Source: Escherichia phage vB_EcoM_Goslar
Sequence record: NC_048170.1
DNA length: 64,000 nucleotides
Direction: 5' to 3' (one strand)
Shown here: positions 59,053-64,000 of the stretch, piece by piece
Numbering within the stretch: the first letter of the stretch is position 1
How the letters are laid out: each line of letters begins with the position of its first letter
Program-made: the position numbers and the translations under genes
The notes under the pieces: model-generated
Told to the model about the DNA's origin: nothing
Seen by the model: only the letters and a program-made list of their open reading frames with translations
The model's database searches: none

Positions 59053-59600
59053 CTTGTAATCCTTAATTTACCTGAATGAATTATCGTTGATGGGTCCACG
59101 ACGCGACCATATTTCGCGTTACGTAATACACGATGCCCAAAGAAGTCAGCGGTTTCCAAAACAACCGTATAACAACCCAGCTGATGTTGATGTCCCCAAA
59201 ACCGTTCAATGGGAATCCAGCAGGGCGACATGCCTTTGTGTCGCCAATCCGTAACACAGCCGAATTCAGCAAACTGTTCAGTAAACCACTCGTCAATGTC
59301 GGTATCCGTAAAGAGAAACACGTGGTTTTTAACCAGATAAGCGAACCCAGGATAAAAAAGCTGAGGGTCATCTGGGTCACGGAGATAAACACGAAGTTTG
59401 TCTAGCGTACCCTCGACAACGATCGTATCGGGTAATCCCGGCGGCGTGAACCGAAGTTGGAAGTTATCCTCGTTTGCCGAGGCGTTAACCAAATACCCCA
59501 ATTGAAGGGGCCGATGCAATTCGAAAAGGTTAAACGTTAATGCATATTCGATATACTCTAATCCTATATTCATGTCTGACCTATGTGGTATGGACGGCAT
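59049..59600 (-). CDS. hypothetical protein
   Basis: 183-aa ORF, 4-nt overlap with downstream gene. Confidence 0.45.
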   Translation of the reverse strand: MPSIPHRSDMNIGLEYIEYALTFNLFELHRPLQLGYLVNASANEDNFQLRFTPPGLPDTIVVEGTLDKLRVYLRDPDDPQLFYPGFAYLVKNHVFLFTDTDIDEWFTEQFAEFGCVTDWRHKGMSPCWIPIERFWGHQHQLGCYTVVLETADFFGHRVLRNAKYGRVVDPSTIIHSGKLRITR

Positions 59601-59705
59601 TGCATTGCCTTCCGCGAGTGTAATCAGGAAGGTAATGTAGGTTTATTTTAATCTCCATTTCGCGATGATATGACAGTCTTTATTACGTTTACCATCTGAG
59701 GGAGC

Positions 59706-60950
59706 ATGCTCATGTCTTCTATTTTACAGGTGTTTAATGCGCATGCGGAAGGCATTGACATCGACGAGTATTTTGTTAATCAGGTTATCCGTTACGCGAC
59801 ACGCTTCCGTACGCAAGACCAAGAACACATGCGTTTTTTCGGTGGGGTTCTGTTAGGTGTACAGAAAATCCGATTCACAACAAGACATAACGATACATGG
59901 TTTTCAGACGTCTTGATGATGGATGAAGAAAGCTTACGACGCGATTTGAGTAAACTACCCTTCTACAATACGCAGACCAACCGTGTTGCCTCAAACGCCT
60001 TTAACCTAAGTTGCTGTTGGTTGCTTTATGCGATCTTCCACAGCAAACAAATCAAAAAAGAAAAGGTTCGTGAAGCCGGGATGCTTGCAGCAATGCAAGT
60101 CCTCCATTATAAATTCATTTGCGGTCTGGTAGCACGACGTTATCCTTATAACGCTGATCCGGCTATCGCTATTAAAGCGTACGATGAGTTAACCCTCAAA
60201 TCAGGCATCAAGCGCATGAATAGCTGGAATGAGTACATCGACGAACGCTGTAATGCCATCATTGCGCGTAATAGTACACATTTCAGTCGTTGGTCAACCC
60301 TGGAACCTGATAGCGTCGCCGAACGTTTTGTGCGTGATGTGAATACCGGAATCCGTAAGGTTATCAACCGTATCACCGATACGTACTACGCGATGTACGA
60401 AGAAGGTAAGAAGATAGGCACGTCTTCTCAAACTGTAGAGTTAGACGATGGTCTCGCTGTCCGCGATATTAAACGCAACGAAACCACTTATCGTCAATAT
60501 CTGTTCGAAATCGCTTATGACCGAACGAGTTTCGTTAAACGCGAACTCATGGTCGTCATCCTTGACGTACACCATACTACCAATCTTTTATCCCTTGAGC
60601 GAGCGTTAAGCTATATCAGCGCTAACGTAGAACGACCGACAAGAGACGGAAAACAGGTCTCTCAGATGTTGCGGCTTGTAATGGAGCATGCTATCGAGTA
60701 TATCATCTTGAATAAGGTCGATATGCGCGATCTTACGTTCTTATTCTACATGCGTAACGTGTACACGTCTAACCGCACTAGCAACCCGAAACTGTTAGAA
60801 CTGCGTAAAATTGGCTCTGAAGTCATTAAGAAAGCAACCAATGCGAGAAATGACGCTGAGGCTGCGGCGACACGCACCGGTGTCTTTCTGTATATCCTGC
60901 TTCGTGTGTTTAGCCGTAACTATTACGTTCGACGTGCGATGTCACGTTAA
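59706..60950 (+). CDS. hypothetical protein
   Basis: 414-aa plus-strand ORF. Confidence 0.45.
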   Translation: MLMSSILQVFNAHAEGIDIDEYFVNQVIRYATRFRTQDQEHMRFFGGVLLGVQKIRFTTRHNDTWFSDVLMMDEESLRRDLSKLPFYNTQTNRVASNAFNLSCCWLLYAIFHSKQIKKEKVREAGMLAAMQVLHYKFICGLVARRYPYNADPAIAIKAYDELTLKSGIKRMNSWNEYIDERCNAIIARNSTHFSRWSTLEPDSVAERFVRDVNTGIRKVINRITDTYYAMYEEGKKIGTSSQTVELDDGLAVRDIKRNETTYRQYLFEIAYDRTSFVKRELMVVILDVHHTTNLLSLERALSYISANVERPTRDGKQVSQMLRLVMEHAIEYIILNKVDMRDLTFLFYMRNVYTSNRTSNPKLLELRKIGSEVIKKATNARNDAEAAATRTGVFLYILLRVFSRNYYVRRAMSR

Positions 60951-61143
60951 CAATGTAACGGTAAAACTTTACTGACGTTGGTTATTATTTGAAGCATAGG
61001 GCTTCACCCAGGAGTACCATCCCTTTAAGTCGTTTGTCCTCTCCTGGTTAACTGTCGTTCTCTCACAGTGCTCGACAGACCAAAAATGCTCAGGCCTCAT
61101 AGCCTCCTCTGGGAATGGAACCCAGAGGAGGACTATGTTTGCC

Positions 61144-61464
61144 TTAAAATTCAATGCGACCTTTTGTCGTAAACAATACACCTCTTTGCCAACAGAAAAG
61201 ATCCTCCGATTGAGCGCAAACACGAATACCCGCATCGAATAGATGTTTTGTTCTAGCGCTTAAACAATCAGGATCTTCTACATACAACAGAAGACGTTGG
61301 CATTTATTTTGAATGCGTTCGACAAGGATGTTCTTATCGCTTAAAATAAAATGCGCGTTATCTGTTAAGTTATCGTCGGTTTCCAGCTGCTTGACAAGTT
61401 TGATTAAAATACGTAATTGCTCAAGTGTGTCATGATCAAGTGAATCACCCATGGCGTACCTCAA
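61144..61464 (-). CDS. hypothetical protein
   Basis: 106-aa ORF immediately downstream of the terminase gene. Confidence 0.4.
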   Translation of the reverse strand: MRYAMGDSLDHDTLEQLRILIKLVKQLETDDNLTDNAHFILSDKNILVERIQNKCQRLLLYVEDPDCLSARTKHLFDAGIRVCAQSEDLFCWQRGVLFTTKGRIEF

Positions 61465-61537
61465 CGTTATACGTCGTTTGTATTATAATACGCTATCGTC
61501 TCCCCGCCTGTATTAACGGGGAGTCTGCAAACTACTC

Positions 61538-63769
61538 TTAGAAAAAACCGCCCGGACGGTATTGACCCATCGTCATCCACGCATTACGAGAAATATTCCG
61601 TTCATTCGAAGAGCGGCTTATTTGACGATAAGTATTCGCTCGTTCCTCCCTTGCTTTCGTGATCATCGCATCAATAGAAACAGCCGCTGAATCTTCCCCA
61701 CGTATTTTTCCTTTATACGTAAGAAGCTCTGCCTCCAATCGATCCAAGATAAGGCCGTTGGTTTCGGTCTTAAGCAACTCATAGATTTCAGCAACGCGTT
61801 GACGAAGCTTCGCCTGCTGTTGGTTAAGATAAGCTTCATACGGATCGATTTCACCCGTCACAGATGCCGGTAAACGACTCATGACTTTAAGCGGATCGAT
61901 ACCATAATGAATCTGTTTCTTAGCGCGCTTGATGAACCACATCGCTAACATCCAGGCGAACGTCATGTCGTCGTGCATTCCATCCTGGTGATCGACACGC
62001 CCATCTTTGATAACCAATCCAAGGATCTCGGAACACAACATCTTATCACGTAATTGCCCGCGGGTTTCTACAATACCTTCCATCAAGATGTCGGAATACA
62101 ACTCCATACGTTTGCGTGCATCCGTTGTGAAGCCCAAATGCCGTTTACGTTGAGCATACCAACTTTCATCACGCATGCTCAATGGTAATTTCAGGTCTTC
62201 GAACATCGCTGGGTTATCAGCATGTCTGTCCACAATTGTGTTGTATACGCGTTTGAATACGTCGATGCCCGCTTGTCTCAGGAACTCTTCAATTGCGTCT
62301 AACAACATGATTGCGCTGCTTTTACGTTCAGGAATCAACGTAACGTTCTTAAAACGCATCATGAAGTTGGCCATCCAACGAGCAAAAGAAAGCAAGCTCA
62401 GTTTATTAAAACGTCCTGTCGCAACAACTTCTGCTGTTTCTACATCCACCATCACCAAACCGATAGCGTCACGACCTATTGCATCGCTGGTGTCTAAACC
62501 AGCAACCACCTTATTGTTCTGCATGTATGTCTCGATTTGACCTCGAGGTATATACCAGTTAATGCAGTAGCCTTCAGGTGAGATCTCGATGTGGTCGATT
62601 TCACGTTGTCCTGCCATGATCATCTCAACCATCTCAGCGGTTAACGGGCTTTCTGCTGAACCGTTGGTCCAGATGTTCATGTAGTCGCGGTCTTTCTGAA
62701 GTTTATCACCTTCCGTTTCGTTCATGGTTTTTGCTAACCATTCATCACTGAATCCCAACTGAGCATGGTTCCATTGTGCCCCGATCCTGACGGTCGCTTT
62801 GCTGAGCTCGCACGGTACGTTGTTCAATACCGTCTGATGCAGATGCTTTTCGTTACGGCAGTCAAAGAAACTTTCAGAGAACGGCGCGGAACGCATGAAA
62901 ACTTCATAAGCCCATTTGCCTTCGCGTTTATCCAATTCACCTGCTGTTGTCGTATAGATGATACTTGTCAGGTCGCCGTTGCTTAATGCTTCATCGCGTG
63001 CCGCACCCATCGCACCGATACCAGCAGGAACAATAATTTCGATGTATTTCGTAAACGCGGTTTCGTCGCTATGGAATAGCGGGGTTGTTAGACCACGGCC
63101 GATGTTTGTTGCTTGTTTCTTATCCGAACGTGGAATCTTTACCGATAACTTGTTCTTGAAACGTGTGTAGGTTACGTTCTCTTTGTTCGATGAATCCCGA
63201 CTATCCAGCGTCCAGAGATACGCAGGTAACAGATCGCGTATACTACGCACGTCTTCTACCGTTTTCGTACGGGCGTCACCGTCTTTTGTTAATTGAATAA
63301 CCTCGGTGTTTCGACTACGAACATAGGTTAGATAACAGAACAGTCCTAACATGGTCATGGATTTACCGGTCTGACGTATCTGTATCTGATACCAGTTCGT
63401 TCGGGTAAATATCCCCCAGAGCATCGGAATGTTACCGCGGTTAGCACGGAATGAAATTTTGTTATCACCCGCTTTAGCCGGAACACGCATCACTTCACGG
63501 AAGAAGTACCATGGATTAAGATAGCATTCCGCACTGATCATCTGAATCTGTTCTGACGTCAAATTCGGTGCGTGGGGATCAACACCAATCAATCTTGGGT
63601 TTAATAACGCCATGAAAAACGCAGAGTTCCGGACACCGAATTCACGACGATACAAGATCGCTAAATCACGCCAACTTGTGTTTGTTGTTTCCCAGTGTGG
63701 AACAGCCTGAGGAAAATAATCCCAATCTTCCTCAAACAGGATGATTTTCTTCGGATCGACAATCGACAT
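61538..63769 (-). CDS. terminase large subunit
   Basis: Walker A-like IQIRQTGKS, Walker B-like LFHSDETAF, C-terminal acidic nuclease-type motifs (LVMVDVETAE, DHQDGMHDDMTFAW). Confidence 0.6.
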   Translation of the reverse strand: MSIVDPKKIILFEEDWDYFPQAVPHWETTNTSWRDLAILYRREFGVRNSAFFMALLNPRLIGVDPHAPNLTSEQIQMISAECYLNPWYFFREVMRVPAKAGDNKISFRANRGNIPMLWGIFTRTNWYQIQIRQTGKSMTMLGLFCYLTYVRSRNTEVIQLTKDGDARTKTVEDVRSIRDLLPAYLWTLDSRDSSNKENVTYTRFKNKLSVKIPRSDKKQATNIGRGLTTPLFHSDETAFTKYIEIIVPAGIGAMGAARDEALSNGDLTSIIYTTTAGELDKREGKWAYEVFMRSAPFSESFFDCRNEKHLHQTVLNNVPCELSKATVRIGAQWNHAQLGFSDEWLAKTMNETEGDKLQKDRDYMNIWTNGSAESPLTAEMVEMIMAGQREIDHIEISPEGYCINWYIPRGQIETYMQNNKVVAGLDTSDAIGRDAIGLVMVDVETAEVVATGRFNKLSLLSFARWMANFMMRFKNVTLIPERKSSAIMLLDAIEEFLRQAGIDVFKRVYNTIVDRHADNPAMFEDLKLPLSMRDESWYAQRKRHLGFTTDARKRMELYSDILMEGIVETRGQLRDKMLCSEILGLVIKDGRVDHQDGMHDDMTFAWMLAMWFIKRAKKQIHYGIDPLKVMSRLPASVTGEIDPYEAYLNQQQAKLRQRVAEIYELLKTETNGLILDRLEAELLTYKGKIRGEDSAAVSIDAMITKAREERANTYRQISRSSNERNISRNAWMTMGQYRPGGFF

Positions 63770-63780
63770 ATAAACTCCTC

Positions 63781-63808
63781 CGATGGAGGGTGCCGGGCAC
63801 CCTCCATC
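63781..63808 (-). other. 14-bp-stem GC hairpin immediately 5' of the terminase RBS
   Basis: cgatggagggtgcc/ggcaccctccatcg inverted repeat; minus-sense RNA continues GGAGGAGUUUAUAUG. Confidence 0.4.
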
Positions 63809-63819
63809 GTTGTATTACC

Positions 63820-64000
63820 TTATGCGACTTTACTAATAACGACTGCAGTGATACCAAGATGTAGGTCGACGCCATTCTGTACTTTAATCCAGCGGATATA
63901 CAGGTTAGCGTTATCCTGTCCCGTACCACCTGGGACGTTATTGTTCCTATTCCATTGCGAGATTTCGAAACGTTTCTGCACGTTAGGACCAACCATGATT
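63820..64000 (-). CDS. hypothetical protein, 3' part only (gene starts beyond the window end)
   Basis: Frame open from the window edge to TAA at 63822-63820 (...NANLYIRWIKVQNGVDLHLGITAVVISKVA). Confidence 0.35.
   Translation of the reverse strand, partial: IMVGPNVQKRFEISQWNRNNNVPGGTGQDNANLYIRWIKVQNGVDLHLGITAVVISKVA

Noticed and set aside
60969-61235. 88-aa minus-strand ORF
   Set aside because: Overlaps the hairpin-rich convergent intergenic region and the end of gene 61144-61464 in another frame; probably spurious.
3603-63808. CRISPR array interpretation of the repeated CCCTCCC/GGGAGGG elements
   Set aside because: The copies are individual palindromic hairpins scattered in intergenic gaps tens of kb apart, not regularly spaced direct repeats with spacers.

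Overview
This window looks like a densely packed phage genome segment, mostly minus-strand genes with short gaps or 4-nt overlaps. Several features point to a nucleus-forming jumbo phage of the phiKZ-like (Chimalliviridae-type) kind: a tubulin/FtsZ-like PhuZ candidate (52856-53836), three split multisubunit RNA polymerase subunit genes (beta' C-terminal 21525-23531, beta C-terminal 25597-27765, beta' N-terminal 39622-42910), a 631-aa chimallin-like gene directly upstream of the beta'-N gene, a large terminase (61538-63769), ThyA, SNF2 and DEAH helicases, an Mre11/SbcD-like nuclease and an SSB-like protein. The most striking observation is that the beta'-N gene is interrupted inside the codons of the catalytic NADFDGD motif by two apparent group I introns, one carrying an HNH homing endonuclease, separated by a 13-nt mini-exon that encodes the DGD aspartates. 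Other recurring signals are a 24-nt promoter-like motif present three times upstream of minus-strand genes, and a family of CCCTCCC/GGGAGGG intergenic hairpins. All calls rest on motifs read by eye from the translations and sequence; no database search was possible. I did not see rRNA, tRNA or CRISPR arrays.
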